Assembly (NCBI GenBank): GCA_965228345.1
Contig: CBDDHH010000004.1
Span: 663,133-727,132, forward strand
Origin: Alphaproteobacteria bacterium
GTDB taxonomy: Bacteria; Pseudomonadota; Alphaproteobacteria; UBA7985
Length of the DNA: 64,000 bases
Direction: 5' to 3'
Position numbers and translations under genes: made by a program. The notes beneath the pieces are model-generated. The model saw nothing but the letters and a program-made list of their open reading frames with translations, was not told the DNA's origin and did not search any database. Positions 8,472 to 18,404 of the stretch are shown piece by piece. Position 1 is the stretch's first letter. Each line of letters opens with the position of its first letter.

Positions 8472-11074
8472 TGGATCCCGCAGCCCTCTTTCTCGGTCTG
8501 CTCGTCATTCTGATGGCCGGGGCGCTCATATCAGGTTTTCCTGTTGCCTTTGCCCTGCCAGGGTCGGCGATTTTGACCATCGCGCTCGCGGCAGCGGCGG
8601 GGCAGATTTTTGCGAACGATGCCACGGCTTACTTCGCTATCAGTGGCGACAACGCCCTCAAAACTTTTTCAACCGGGGTCACCAACTTCCGCGCCATCTA
8701 TTGGGAACCCGATCGCGATACCCTGATCGCCATTCCGCTGTTCATCTTCATGGGCATCATGCTGCAGCGGTCCAAAATTGCCGAGGATTTGCTGATTACC
8801 ATGTCGCAGCTGTTCGGGCCTGTGCCGGGCGGGCTCGGGATTTCAGTTGTCATCGTCGGCGCGCTGCTGGCTGCGACGACGGGAATCGTAGGCGCCACTG
8901 TTGTTGCCATGGGGCTAATTTCCCTACCGCTCATGATACGCAACAAGTACAACATCCCCCTTGCGACGGGAACGATTTGCGCCTCTGGCACCCTTGGCCA
9001 GATCATTCCGCCGTCGATTGTACTGATTATTTTGGCCGACCAGTTGGCTTCGGCAGCCGACGCCGCCCAATCCCTGCGCCAAAATGCCTACGGCGCGGCC
9101 AATGACACCCTCGCCTCCTCGATGCCCACCGACCTAGCGGTGGGAACCGCGAGCGCTGGTGATATGTTCCTGGGTGCGCTCATCCCCGGCGCGGCACTCA
9201 TGGTGCCGATCTATATCCTCTATATACTAATCACCGCCCTCATCCGCCCAACGCTGGCACCGCCCGTGCGCTTCCAGGGGGATCGCCGCGGGTTTTTACG
9301 CGCGGTCCTCATGTCTCTTGTGCCGCCGTTGTTACTGATCGCCTTGGTTCTTGGGTCGATCTTGGCGGGCTATGCGACCGTGAACCAGGCGGGGGCGCTC
9401 GGCGCGTCGGGCGCCATTTTGATGGCCGGCTATCGCCTCATGGGTGCGTCGAAACTGCGCCACTTCGCGCCGGCGATTTTGGCCGTTGCGGCCATCTTGG
9501 GCTTGGGGGTCTTGCAAACGACCTTTGACCTCAACATCCGCGCGCCGCACAAGACCGCCAGCGATGTCCTGGGGTTGCTCATGGCGACGGGCCTGGTCGG
9601 AGTTTTGCTGTTCGCCCTGGCTTGGTCCACCTGGCGGATCTACACCTACGACGATGTGCTGCGCGAGGTTATGGTGGAATCGGCCAAAACTACCTCCATG
9701 GTGTTTTTGATCCTCGTTGGGGCGGCCATGCTGACGGCGGCTTTTCGCGCCTTCGGCGGCGAGCATTGGGTCAGAGACTTCCTCACCGGCCTACCAGGCG
9801 GGTTCATGACGCAGTTTTTGGTAGTAATGCTCGTCATGTTTGTCCTCGGCTTTTTCCTCGACTTTATCGAAATCGCGGTCGTGGTGGTTCCTATCACGGC
9901 GCCGATTTTGCTTGCGGACCCGACGGCTAATATTTCGGCCATCTGGCTTGGCATTATGATCGGCATTAACATACAGACCTCGTTTCTCACCCCGCCCTTT
10001 GGGTTTGCCTTGTTCTATTTGCGCGGGGTTGCCGACGCGTCGGTCAAAACTTTGCAAATCTATCGCGGAGTCGTTGTCTTTATTGCCTTGCAACTTGGCG
10101 CCTTGATGATCGTCGGGGCCAACGAACGCTTGGCGAACTTCATGCCGCGCTACGCTGCCTTGCTACGATCAACGGCGCCGCCGCCGGCACAACCAGCCTT
10201 GCAGCAGTGCCTGGAACCGCTCATGTTCACCGACGCGCTCGCCCGCGAGCCAGCAGCGCGGGCGGCTGCTGCGCAGCTTGAGGCACTCGATCTCTCGATC
10301 CTGCCCACGGATCAGGCTGATAAAATCCTGACCGCCAGCGCCAGCGTGGACAAGTCCTACGAACAGATCGCCCTGCTGCAAACTGCGCAATCGGCCAATG
10401 AAGCGGCCGCGAACCGTACTTGGGACATTGACGGCCAAATGTGGACCTACGCTGACCTCCATGCCCATGTGCGGCGGCGGGAGCGCGACGCCATTCGTGC
10501 GGGGATCGCGCCTAACATACCCGAGGGATGGGCGCAGGCCTTGGCCTTTGCCCAGGCCGCACAAAACGACGAAACCGCGGCCCGCAACGGCTTCCGTCGC
10601 CTTGACAAGGCCTACCGAGACCTTGAAGATGTGTTGACAGACTTGGGTCGCGCCGCGCCTTTAGTCACCCTTACGGACCAGGTCACGGCACTGGGGCGTC
10701 ACCTTGAACGTGCCGCCGGAAGCGAAATTGAAGCACTGCACCAAGAGCTCACGACGCTCAAGTCTGCGCTTTCGGCTATTGGCAACGTGTCGAACGTCAC
10801 AACCCCTTTCAGCAGAATCGATCGCGCCCTGCAAAGCACCCCGCCCGATCTAGAAACCGCGCGTGCGCTCTATAGAGAGATGGCGCAAACCTACGCCCAG
10901 GAAGTCGCATGGCGACAGGCAGGAACGGCAGATCTTGCGGATGCCTTGCAAGCCTTCCTGCGCGAAGTACAGGCGGGCGTAGCGATTCGAACCTTGGACG
11001 CGATCCCGACCCAGTACCGCCGCGACCTGGCTTGGTGCCTCTCGGGTCATCGCGATATTTCCCTTCGTTTCTAG
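8471..11074 (+). CDS. dctM: TRAP transporter large permease DctM fused to a ~300-aa C-terminal soluble Ala-rich helical extension
   Basis: The N-terminal ~560 aa is a typical DctM (many TM segments, ...FYLRGVAD...). The ORF then continues in frame for ~300 aa with high GC3 codon usage and no TM segments. Confidence 0.75.
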   Translation: MDPAALFLGLLVILMAGALISGFPVAFALPGSAILTIALAAAAGQIFANDATAYFAISGDNALKTFSTGVTNFRAIYWEPDRDTLIAIPLFIFMGIMLQRSKIAEDLLITMSQLFGPVPGGLGISVVIVGALLAATTGIVGATVVAMGLISLPLMIRNKYNIPLATGTICASGTLGQIIPPSIVLIILADQLASAADAAQSLRQNAYGAANDTLASSMPTDLAVGTASAGDMFLGALIPGAALMVPIYILYILITALIRPTLAPPVRFQGDRRGFLRAVLMSLVPPLLLIALVLGSILAGYATVNQAGALGASGAILMAGYRLMGASKLRHFAPAILAVAAILGLGVLQTTFDLNIRAPHKTASDVLGLLMATGLVGVLLFALAWSTWRIYTYDDVLREVMVESAKTTSMVFLILVGAAMLTAAFRAFGGEHWVRDFLTGLPGGFMTQFLVVMLVMFVLGFFLDFIEIAVVVVPITAPILLADPTANISAIWLGIMIGINIQTSFLTPPFGFALFYLRGVADASVKTLQIYRGVVVFIALQLGALMIVGANERLANFMPRYAALLRSTAPPPAQPALQQCLEPLMFTDALAREPAARAAAAQLEALDLSILPTDQADKILTASASVDKSYEQIALLQTAQSANEAAANRTWDIDGQMWTYADLHAHVRRRERDAIRAGIAPNIPEGWAQALAFAQAAQNDETAARNGFRRLDKAYRDLEDVLTDLGRAAPLVTLTDQVTALGRHLERAAGSEIEALHQELTTLKSALSAIGNVSNVTTPFSRIDRALQSTPPDLETARALYREMAQTYAQEVAWRQAGTADLADALQAFLREVQAGVAIRTLDAIPTQYRRDLAWCLSGHRDISLRF

Positions 11075-11077
11075 CTC

Positions 11078-12442
11078 TTGCATCCCGCGGCGGCCTTCAG
11101 AAACCTACCCATGGATCAGCTCTTCTTCGTCACGGAACCCGATGGGTTGCCCCCTGGGGTTGCGGCGCAGCTAGCTGCCAACGATTTTCAAGGCCACCCT
11201 GGCCAAGTCCAACGCCTGACCCAAGGGTATGGCAGCACGCACATCTACGTCGGCGCGACGGGAGGCACGCTTGGTTTTTGGACGGGAGCGAAAGCGTGCC
11301 AGGCCGCGCGAGGCTTAGAGACGATCCACGTTCAGAACGCCGACGTCTTGACCGAGACCCAAGTACAGGACTTCGTGCTTTCCTGGTCATTCGACTCGTA
11401 TCGCTTTGAGCGGTTCAAGGCTAAGGCTCGTCCCTGCGTTTGCGTGGGTCTTACTGCCAATGCACGCACCCAGGCCTTGGCCGAGGGCATGGCGTTGGCC
11501 CGCACCCTAATTAATACGCCCGCCAATCTTATGACTCCGGCGGGCTTGCAGGCCGCCGCGGAAACGCTGGCCCGCGACCATGCCGCGCAGATCGAGGTGA
11601 TTGACGGCGCTGATTTGCGCGCGGGCTTCCCGCTCATCGACGCGGTGGGCAAGGCCGCAGGGCCAGGGGACATGGCGCCGCGCTTGATCGATTTGCGATG
11701 GGGGCACGAAGGGCCACGGCTGACCTTGGTGGGCAAGGGCATTACGTTCGACACGGGCGGGCTCAACCTCAAACCTGGTGGATCCATGCGCCTTATGAAA
11801 AAAGACATGGGCGGGGCGGCCCATGCCCTGGGCTTGGCCGCGACGATCATGGCCCTTGCGATGCCCCTGCGTCTGCGAGTCCTGATCCCGGCTGCAGAAA
11901 ACGCGCTGGGTGCCGGGGCGTTCCGCCCTGGCGACGTGATCGCTGCGCGCTCGGGCAGCCACGTTGAAATTGACAATACCGACGCCGAAGGCCGCCTGGT
12001 CCTCGCCGATGCGCTGACCTATGCGGGCGAAGCTGAGGAGGCCGCGGACTTGACGATTAGCCTAGCGACCCTTACGGGTGCCGCCCGAGTGGCTCTAGGG
12101 CCGCACATCGCGCCCTACCTGACCAATCGAACCGACCTGACCTGGCAACTGCTGGCCGCAAGCCACGCCGAGGCCGACCCCCTCTGGCCCCTGCCTTTGT
12201 TCCAACCTTATGAGGCGTACCTGAAGTCCGACGTGGCCGACCTGGTGAACGCCGGCCCCGGCCGTTTTGCTGGCGCCATCACTGCCGCCTTGTTCCTTGC
12301 GCGGTTTGCGGGTGATCGGCCCTGGGCACACTTCGACCTCTATGGTTGGAATCCTGAGGCCAAGCCAGGGCGCCCTAGAGGCGGCGCGGCCCAGGGCCTC
12401 ATGAGCTTGCTGACTTTTTTGGAGTCCTGGGCCCATGACTGA
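11078..12442 (+). CDS. Leucyl aminopeptidase family protein (peptidase M17)
   Basis: VGKGITFDTGGLNLKP and NTDAEGRLVLADAL motifs of M17 aminopeptidases. Start may be the ATG at ~11111 (MDQLFF). Confidence 0.8.
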   Translation: MHPAAAFRNLPMDQLFFVTEPDGLPPGVAAQLAANDFQGHPGQVQRLTQGYGSTHIYVGATGGTLGFWTGAKACQAARGLETIHVQNADVLTETQVQDFVLSWSFDSYRFERFKAKARPCVCVGLTANARTQALAEGMALARTLINTPANLMTPAGLQAAAETLARDHAAQIEVIDGADLRAGFPLIDAVGKAAGPGDMAPRLIDLRWGHEGPRLTLVGKGITFDTGGLNLKPGGSMRLMKKDMGGAAHALGLAATIMALAMPLRLRVLIPAAENALGAGAFRPGDVIAARSGSHVEIDNTDAEGRLVLADALTYAGEAEEAADLTISLATLTGAARVALGPHIAPYLTNRTDLTWQLLAASHAEADPLWPLPLFQPYEAYLKSDVADLVNAGPGRFAGAITAALFLARFAGDRPWAHFDLYGWNPEAKPGRPRGGAAQGLMSLLTFLESWAHD

Positions 12443-13307
12443 GACCAAGCCCCAGCGACTCGCCAAGTGGATCGCGCAGTCGGGCCTCTGTTCCCGCCGC
12501 GTTGCAGAGGATTGGATTTTGGGGGGGCGGGTCTCGCTCGACGGGCGACCAACCCTGGAGCCTGCGCAAAACGTCGACACAGCTGCGCGCATTCGCGTTG
12601 ATGGAGCCGCCCTGCCCGACCCGCAGGCGATCCGCCTGTTTCGCCTGCACAAGCCGCGCGGCCTATTGGTGGCAGAACGTGATCCCCAGGGGCGGGCGAC
12701 TGTTTTTGAGGCCTTGCCCAAATCCTTGCCTCGCCTCCACGCGGTCGGACGTCTCGACCTCAATTCCGAAGGGTTATTGCTGCTGACCACCGATGGCGCG
12801 TTTAAGCGGCGCCTCGAACTGCCCGAAACGGGTTTGCCGCGCACTTATCGCGTGCGCGCCTTCGGGCGCTTGGGGCCACGCGAGGTGCGCCTCATGGCCC
12901 AAGGCCTTACGATCGACGGGCAAGTCTATGGTCCCATTGAGGCGAGGATCGAACCGCGCCCTGGCAAGCCCGAGCCGCCGCCCTACGCGGCCGCCAACCA
13001 TTGGCTGCGCATGACCCTGCACGAGGGTAAAAATCGCGAAATCAGAAAGGTCTTGGCGCACTTTGGCCTGCAGGTTTCGCGCTTGATCCGGGTTTCCTAC
13101 GGTCCCATTTCGCTCGGCAGCCTTAAGACAGGTGAAGTTCGGGAGGTAGGAAAGAAGGAACTGCAGACAGCTTTCGACCTAGGCCCACGGCCCCAAACGG
13201 GCTGGGCCAGAGCCAAACCGCGGCCTAATCGTCCTGGTCAACGCCGCCCCAAGCCATCTGCGAATCGACCAGGACCCGGGCGCACCAACCACAGCCGTGG
13301 CCGCTAA
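12435..13307 (+). CDS. rluB: 23S rRNA pseudouridine synthase, RluB/RsuA family (S4 domain + catalytic domain, basic C-terminal tail)
   Basis: QRLAKWIAQSGLCSRRVAEDWILGGRVSLDG (S4) and HAVGRLDLNSEGLLLLTTDG (PseudoU_synth_2 catalytic Asp motif). Arg/Pro-rich tail. Confidence 0.8.
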   Translation: MTETKPQRLAKWIAQSGLCSRRVAEDWILGGRVSLDGRPTLEPAQNVDTAARIRVDGAALPDPQAIRLFRLHKPRGLLVAERDPQGRATVFEALPKSLPRLHAVGRLDLNSEGLLLLTTDGAFKRRLELPETGLPRTYRVRAFGRLGPREVRLMAQGLTIDGQVYGPIEARIEPRPGKPEPPPYAAANHWLRMTLHEGKNREIRKVLAHFGLQVSRLIRVSYGPISLGSLKTGEVREVGKKELQTAFDLGPRPQTGWARAKPRPNRPGQRRPKPSANRPGPGRTNHSRGR

Positions 13308-13911
13308 ACCGGGGTTCGTCACCCTACGCGCAGGAACCTTCGGCGGCAAACGCCTGCCAATCCCTGCCGACGGGTCTGTGCGCCCGACCACCGACCGCGC
13401 GCGCGCCCAGGCCTTTGATTTGCTCGACCGACACTTCCGCTTTGTAGATGGCCGCGGCCGCTGGTCCACGGCGCACGTTCTCGACGCCTTTGCCGGCACG
13501 GGCGCGCTGGGGTTCGAAGCGCTTAGCCGCGGCGCTAAAACGCTGACCCTTTGGGAGATCAACCCGCGTCAAGCCGCTGCGCTTGCCCAAACCGCCCGCA
13601 GCTTCAAGACTCGGCGGGTGCATGTCAGGGAACAAGATGCTCTCAACGCCCCCGTGCCCGCCACCGCCGCAGATCTGGTGTTTTTGGACCCCCCCTACGG
13701 GCGCGCCTTGGTCGGCCGTGCCCTTGAAGTCTTGGTTCGACAGGGATGGATTTCGGGCCATACCGTGATCTATGCGGAAACCGAAGCCACGGCGCGCCAA
13801 CCAGACGGCTATGAAGTGTTGACCGAACGTACCACCGGAAAGTCGGTAGTTCGGATTCTTATGCGGGCGGTAGCGCCGAAGACTCTCTATACCAGCGGCG
13901 ATTTAAAATGA
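13297..13911 (+). CDS. rsmD: 16S rRNA (guanine966-N2)-methyltransferase RsmD
   Basis: LDAFAGTGALGFEALSRGA (SAM-binding) and VFLDPPY motifs. The last ~7 codons (…TLYTSGDLK*) are supplied by the MITE R4 terminus. Confidence 0.8.
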   Translation: MAAKPGFVTLRAGTFGGKRLPIPADGSVRPTTDRARAQAFDLLDRHFRFVDGRGRWSTAHVLDAFAGTGALGFEALSRGAKTLTLWEINPRQAAALAQTARSFKTRRVHVREQDALNAPVPATAADLVFLDPPYGRALVGRALEVLVRQGWISGHTVIYAETEATARQPDGYEVLTERTTGKSVVRILMRAVAPKTLYTSGDLK

Positions 13912-14086
13912 CTCTTTTATTCGCTGGTATAAGGGCCGCGACTGCGGCCCCCGTAGCGGCCCCGAGATCGGCGCGAAAGCGCCTCGGGGTATAAGCGAAG
14001 GCCCCGTCGGAGGCGAAACGCATCGCGTTTCTGCCGTGAGACACGAAACGGCCATGAGAAGGTCACTTTTTATGACCGTTGGTATA
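13889..14086 (-). mobile_element. MITE copy R4
   Basis: CTATACCAGCGGCGATTTAAAATGACTC...GACCGTTGGTATAAG. Overlaps the rsmD 3' end. Confidence 0.8.
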
Positions 14087-14250
14087 AGACGGGATGAGCG
14101 CATTGCTTCGTGCCTTGTCCCTGTATCAATTGCTCCGATCAGCTTGTTAGCTGCTACAGCCAAGGCCCTCGGGATCGGTGACTTGCAAAACTTCCTTAAG
14201 ATCCTCAGTGTCTAGGGATAGCAACTTGAACGGTCGCTGGTTGTCGCGAC

Positions 14251-14418
14251 TTATTTGATTTTGGCTTCTTTAAACATCACGTGCTTTTTTGCCCGAGGAT
14301 CGTATTTACGCATCTCTAGTTTCTCGGTTGCGGTCTTGGTGTTTTTCTTCTTCACGTAGAAGTAACCCGTGTCGGCGGTTGAAATCATGCGAACGAGGAC
14401 ACTAGCGGGTTTTGCCAT
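14251..14418 (-). CDS. rpmG: 50S ribosomal protein L33
   Basis: Reverse-strand translation [55 protein letters not shown] (55 aa) matches the L33 consensus. Not in the >=60-aa ORF table. Confidence 0.85.
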   Translation of the reverse strand: MAKPASVLVRMISTADTGYFYVKKKNTKTATEKLEMRKYDPRAKKHVMFKEAKIK

Positions 14419-14601
14419 TTGGAAGCACCTTGCAAAATTACGTCGTAGCTTACGTTATGATGCCCAGGACGCCGCCTGTCAACGCTCGATCCATGGCAGC
14501 CATAGTGGATTCCAGTCCGATTGAAACAATCACTCCAGGAACTATCAGCGTCAACAAAAGGGTTAAAACCGTTCAACCGATGCAATTCCCGCACATTTGG
14601 C

Positions 14602-16272
14602 CTAAAACAGCGCTGCCTGGTAAGCGCTGCGCACCGTCAATAGGGCCTCGGCCAGTTCGCGGTCGTGCCGTTTCTGGTTGCGCGTTCTTGCACAGAGGTT
14701 TCGAAAGGTGGTTTGACGCGTCTCTGTCCGAGCAATGGCGGGGAGATTCGGCAGGGTGCCACCGACGGCCAGGCTAACGAGGTCTAAGGCCTTATCGTGT
14801 TGAGCCCCGCAAACGTTAGGTACCACGCCCCAATAGGAAAGCGGGCGACCGTCAGCACGAAATAGGAAAGCGTTTGTGATGGCCAGCGCTCCCCCGTTTG
14901 GCAAGGCGGTGATAATTTGCTGCGATCCCTTGCCAAACGTCGTGGACCCTAAAACCACCGCACGCCGATTGTCCTGTAGAGCGCTGGCCAGCAATTCGCT
15001 GGCAGATGCAGAGTTTTGATTGACCAGAACGACCAGCGGCAAGTCGAGCGGAATCACGGCAGGTCGTTGCGACCGCAAGACGCTTTGGCGACCAAGTCCC
15101 CCAACACGGAACAAAGGTCTGCCAGCCTCTACAAACAAGTCAAGAATTTCTAGAGCTTGGCTGACAGACCCGCCGCTATCATCGCGCAGATCGAGAATCA
15201 GGCCGCTCAAGTTCACTTGAGCGGCCAAGGCAGCATAGGTCTCTGAGACATAGCTTGCGGCGGTTGAATCAAAGACCAGTAGCGGGATATACCCAATAGT
15301 ACCGCGTATTTCGGAGCTCTGAAACTCATTAACGGTCTGTCGTACCCTCACCAGAGTGATGAGGCGGGAGCCTAGCTCGCTTGCAATTTGCAATCGCAGG
15401 GTTTCACCCACCCGTCCCGAGAGCCTTTCTGCTCGCCCTTCAAGGGTGTTGATGTCGGTGAGTCTGACCCCATCGGCATGGGTAATGCGGTCACCTATCC
15501 GTACATTCCACTCAGCAGCTGGGGAGTTACTTCGGACGTTGGTGACAATCAACCCCAAGGGATCGAAGTCAACTTGAATGCCGACGCCGGACATGCCCCC
15601 GATCACGGCATTAAATTGCTGGATCTCGCTGGGGTTGAGATATGTGGTAAAACGCACATCGCCTAGACTGGCTCGCAAACCAGCCTCAAGATAGCTTTCC
15701 ATCGCATCCTGAGGGTTTCTTGCGGCCCAGGGGCCGTTTTGCGTTCGGATCTGGTCCAAGACTCCGCCGACACGTGCACCATCGGTTGGGTAGCGCAGCG
15801 CCAGCCCGCCGAGCCCAACGGCCCTGAGCCCTGCAGTGGTGAAGGCGCTCATATTGAGGGGGGTGACATGAGTAGTCTGCAAGGAATTGTACACAAACCC
15901 TAAGGTCTCGGAAAAGAAGTCGGCGCTTTCTGGAAAGAACTGGCCCTGGTTCGGTGTCGGGAAGTTGGCTGTGAGGTCGGTTCCAGCGCCCGCGTCGGTT
16001 TGCGGATAGCTTGACGAACTCAGCCAGCCTGAGGTGCTAGATTCATAATTCGAAGAGGCGTAGCGAGCCCCGCCGATGCTGGAACTGAGCGAGCATCCTG
16101 CGAGGCTGAAGCTCAAAACCCCGAGCAGAGTCAGTCGGGCAGTGTGAGAACGTCTGTGTTGTGCAGGCAGCTTTGTGCCTGGAATTGCGCGTGCCTTCCC
16201 GCGTTGGCCAGGCAACGCCTGCACAATTTTCTGGCGCGCAGGGCACAAGGGGATCCAATAGCACTGTAACAT
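14602..16272 (-). CDS. S41 family C-terminal processing peptidase (PDZ + peptidase S41), probable lipoprotein
   Basis: LILDLRDDSGGSVSQALEILDLFV and LVVLVNQNSASASELLASAL...GSTTFGKGSQQ motifs. Lipobox-like LAGCS. True start probably downstream of 16272 (non-ATG start near the signal peptide). Confidence 0.75.
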   Translation of the reverse strand: MLQCYWIPLCPARQKIVQALPGQRGKARAIPGTKLPAQHRRSHTARLTLLGVLSFSLAGCSLSSSIGGARYASSNYESSTSGWLSSSSYPQTDAGAGTDLTANFPTPNQGQFFPESADFFSETLGFVYNSLQTTHVTPLNMSAFTTAGLRAVGLGGLALRYPTDGARVGGVLDQIRTQNGPWAARNPQDAMESYLEAGLRASLGDVRFTTYLNPSEIQQFNAVIGGMSGVGIQVDFDPLGLIVTNVRSNSPAAEWNVRIGDRITHADGVRLTDINTLEGRAERLSGRVGETLRLQIASELGSRLITLVRVRQTVNEFQSSEIRGTIGYIPLLVFDSTAASYVSETYAALAAQVNLSGLILDLRDDSGGSVSQALEILDLFVEAGRPLFRVGGLGRQSVLRSQRPAVIPLDLPLVVLVNQNSASASELLASALQDNRRAVVLGSTTFGKGSQQIITALPNGGALAITNAFLFRADGRPLSYWGVVPNVCGAQHDKALDLVSLAVGGTLPNLPAIARTETRQTTFRNLCARTRNQKRHDRELAEALLTVRSAYQAALF

Positions 16273-16319
16273 AGGATGAGAATCCCTTGCGGAGGCACAT
16301 TGCGGAAGGCAAGGACCCC

Positions 16320-18404
16320 TTAGATTTTCGCTGGTTTTTTGCCCGTTTTGTTGCGATTTCGCAGTTTGGTCTGGCCTTTTGCCCCTTTGGCCCGGATTTT
16401 GGAGGGGCGTGTTGACCTGTTGCGCATACCCGACTCGGGCGCGCGCTTAACTGATTGAACTTGTTCGATCAATTCCCCGATCAGGGATCCCGTATGGGCT
16501 GAGGCTTGCCGCAACTTGACGGTGCAAAGATCGCCTAGGGAAAGAACTCTGCGGGAACGGCGCCCGCGCAAAGTTAGGGCTGCAGCGTCGAAGTCAAATC
16601 GATCTGGCCCCATCAGGGAGGAAGGAACGAACGCGTCTCCGCCTGAGGCAGCGAGACGCACAAAAACTCCTGCCTTGGTAAGGCCTGTGATGCGTCCCAG
16701 CAATACATGGTCCAGGTCTGAGGCGTGGTAGGCCGCAAGATAACGGCTATGGGCCTGGCGTTCGGCCAGTTGGGCGCGCCGCTCGGTCTCGCAAAGGTGT
16801 TGCGTGGTCTGTTCAACTTGCGGCAGGTCGGCCAAGTCTTGACCTGCAGGCCCCAGACTTAAGGCGGTGATCAGGGCTCGATGGACCAGCAAGTCGGCGT
16901 AGCGGCGAATCGGGGACGTGAAGTGGGCATAGTCGGGCAGGCCCAGACCGAAGTGGCCGATGTTGACAATACGGTAGAGGGCCATGGACTGGGTGCGTAG
17001 CACCTGTTCCTTCATCGTTTCCTCGTAGGGTTGCCCCCGAACCGCGCGCAAAATGCGGTTAAAATCCTGGGGGTCGAGGGCCTTGGTCTTTTTGGATCGC
17101 TCGGCGGGCGTGTTTTGGAGGATATTGATCAAGGTTTCGATCCGCGCGGGTTCCGGGGCCGGATGCACGCGATAAAGGCCGGTGCAGCCGCGCGCGCTGA
17201 AGACTCGGGCGGCGGCCACGTTAGCCAAAATCATCATCTCCTCAATCAACTGATTGGCCGGTCCTGCGGTCTGCTCGACAAGGGCCTCCACTCGGGTGCC
17301 GTCGGCGCTGATTTGGGCGCGACGTTCGGGCAAGTGCAGGTCCAGCGCGCCACGGCGCTGGCGGGCGGACTTCAACGCCTCGTAGGCCGCGACCAAATGG
17401 GCCATGTGCGGGTGCAGGGCTGGGTCGATGGCGGCTTGGTCTCCCTTCATCCAGGCGTGCACCTGTCTATAGGTTAGACGTGCCTTGGATCGGACCAGGG
17501 CGCGGACAAAACCAAAGGTTTTGAGGGTGCCGCGCGCGTCGATCTGCAACTGCACCAACAAAGAGGCGCGGTCTTCCTGGGGAACGAGCGAACACCAGCC
17601 GTTGGACAGCGCTTCGGGCAACATGGGCACGACATGATCGGGCAGATAGACAGAATTGCCGCGCCGCTGCGCCTCCCGATCCAGGGGCGACCCCGGTTCG
17701 ACATAGGCGGCGACGTCGGCGATGGCGACTTGAATGCGCCAACCGCCCACGACCTTGGGGTCGGGTTCGGCGTAAACTGCGTCGTCAAAATCCTTGGCGT
17801 CTTCGCCGTCGATGGTGACAAAGGGCACGGCGCGCCTGTCCTCGCGGAAGGGGTCTAGGCGCGGCGGGGTCGCGGCCTGCGCTTGGTCAAGGGCGGCGGC
17901 GGGGAAGGCCACGGGAATGCCCGCCTCGGCCAGGGAGAGGGGCGCGATGGCGGCAACGGCGCCAAAATGGCCCAAGACCTCGACGATCTCGACCTCCTGG
18001 CTTGCGCCTCGCCGCGCGCAGCCGGGGCGGGCGACAACCAAATGGCCGTCCTCATGGTTCAAGCCTCCGACGATTCTGTATTGCTTGCGGTCGCGCTTGT
18101 CGGCGGGGCGCAACCAAGTTCCTTCGACCTTGCCTACGAGGGTTTGGGCGTGTGACGCGGGCAGGGTGCTGATCACGGTGGCGGTTAAGGTGCCATCGGC
18201 CTGCGCGGTCCCAAGGCGGCAGCGGGCGAGATCACCAAGTTTGAGTCGATTGAGGTCTTTGCCCGTCGCCAACCAAACTCGTACCGGAGCCTTGTTGCGG
18301 TCAAGAGCCCAGGCCCAAAGGTTTCCGTCGTCGTCCTGCAGATCAACGCGCAGAGCTTGGTCGCGCTTAGCGTCAGCTCGAGGCCTGGCGTGACGCACGC
18401 TCAA
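16320..18404 (-). CDS. rnr: Ribonuclease R (RNB family exoribonuclease with C-terminal S1 domain and basic tail)
   Basis: RNB catalytic domain with S1 domain (…VFVRLAASGGDAFVPSSLMG…) and a Lys/Arg-rich C-terminus. ~694 aa. Confidence 0.85.
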   Translation of the reverse strand: MSVRHARPRADAKRDQALRVDLQDDDGNLWAWALDRNKAPVRVWLATGKDLNRLKLGDLARCRLGTAQADGTLTATVISTLPASHAQTLVGKVEGTWLRPADKRDRKQYRIVGGLNHEDGHLVVARPGCARRGASQEVEIVEVLGHFGAVAAIAPLSLAEAGIPVAFPAAALDQAQAATPPRLDPFREDRRAVPFVTIDGEDAKDFDDAVYAEPDPKVVGGWRIQVAIADVAAYVEPGSPLDREAQRRGNSVYLPDHVVPMLPEALSNGWCSLVPQEDRASLLVQLQIDARGTLKTFGFVRALVRSKARLTYRQVHAWMKGDQAAIDPALHPHMAHLVAAYEALKSARQRRGALDLHLPERRAQISADGTRVEALVEQTAGPANQLIEEMMILANVAAARVFSARGCTGLYRVHPAPEPARIETLINILQNTPAERSKKTKALDPQDFNRILRAVRGQPYEETMKEQVLRTQSMALYRIVNIGHFGLGLPDYAHFTSPIRRYADLLVHRALITALSLGPAGQDLADLPQVEQTTQHLCETERRAQLAERQAHSRYLAAYHASDLDHVLLGRITGLTKAGVFVRLAASGGDAFVPSSLMGPDRFDFDAAALTLRGRRSRRVLSLGDLCTVKLRQASAHTGSLIGELIEQVQSVKRAPESGMRNRSTRPSKIRAKGAKGQTKLRNRNKTGKKPAKI

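Noticed and set aside
10150-11074. Possibility that the DctM C-terminal 300 aa is a spurious read-through
   Set aside because: Third-position GC bias and absence of stops support real coding, so it is kept as part of the gene. Whether it is a separate ORF with an internal start remains untested.
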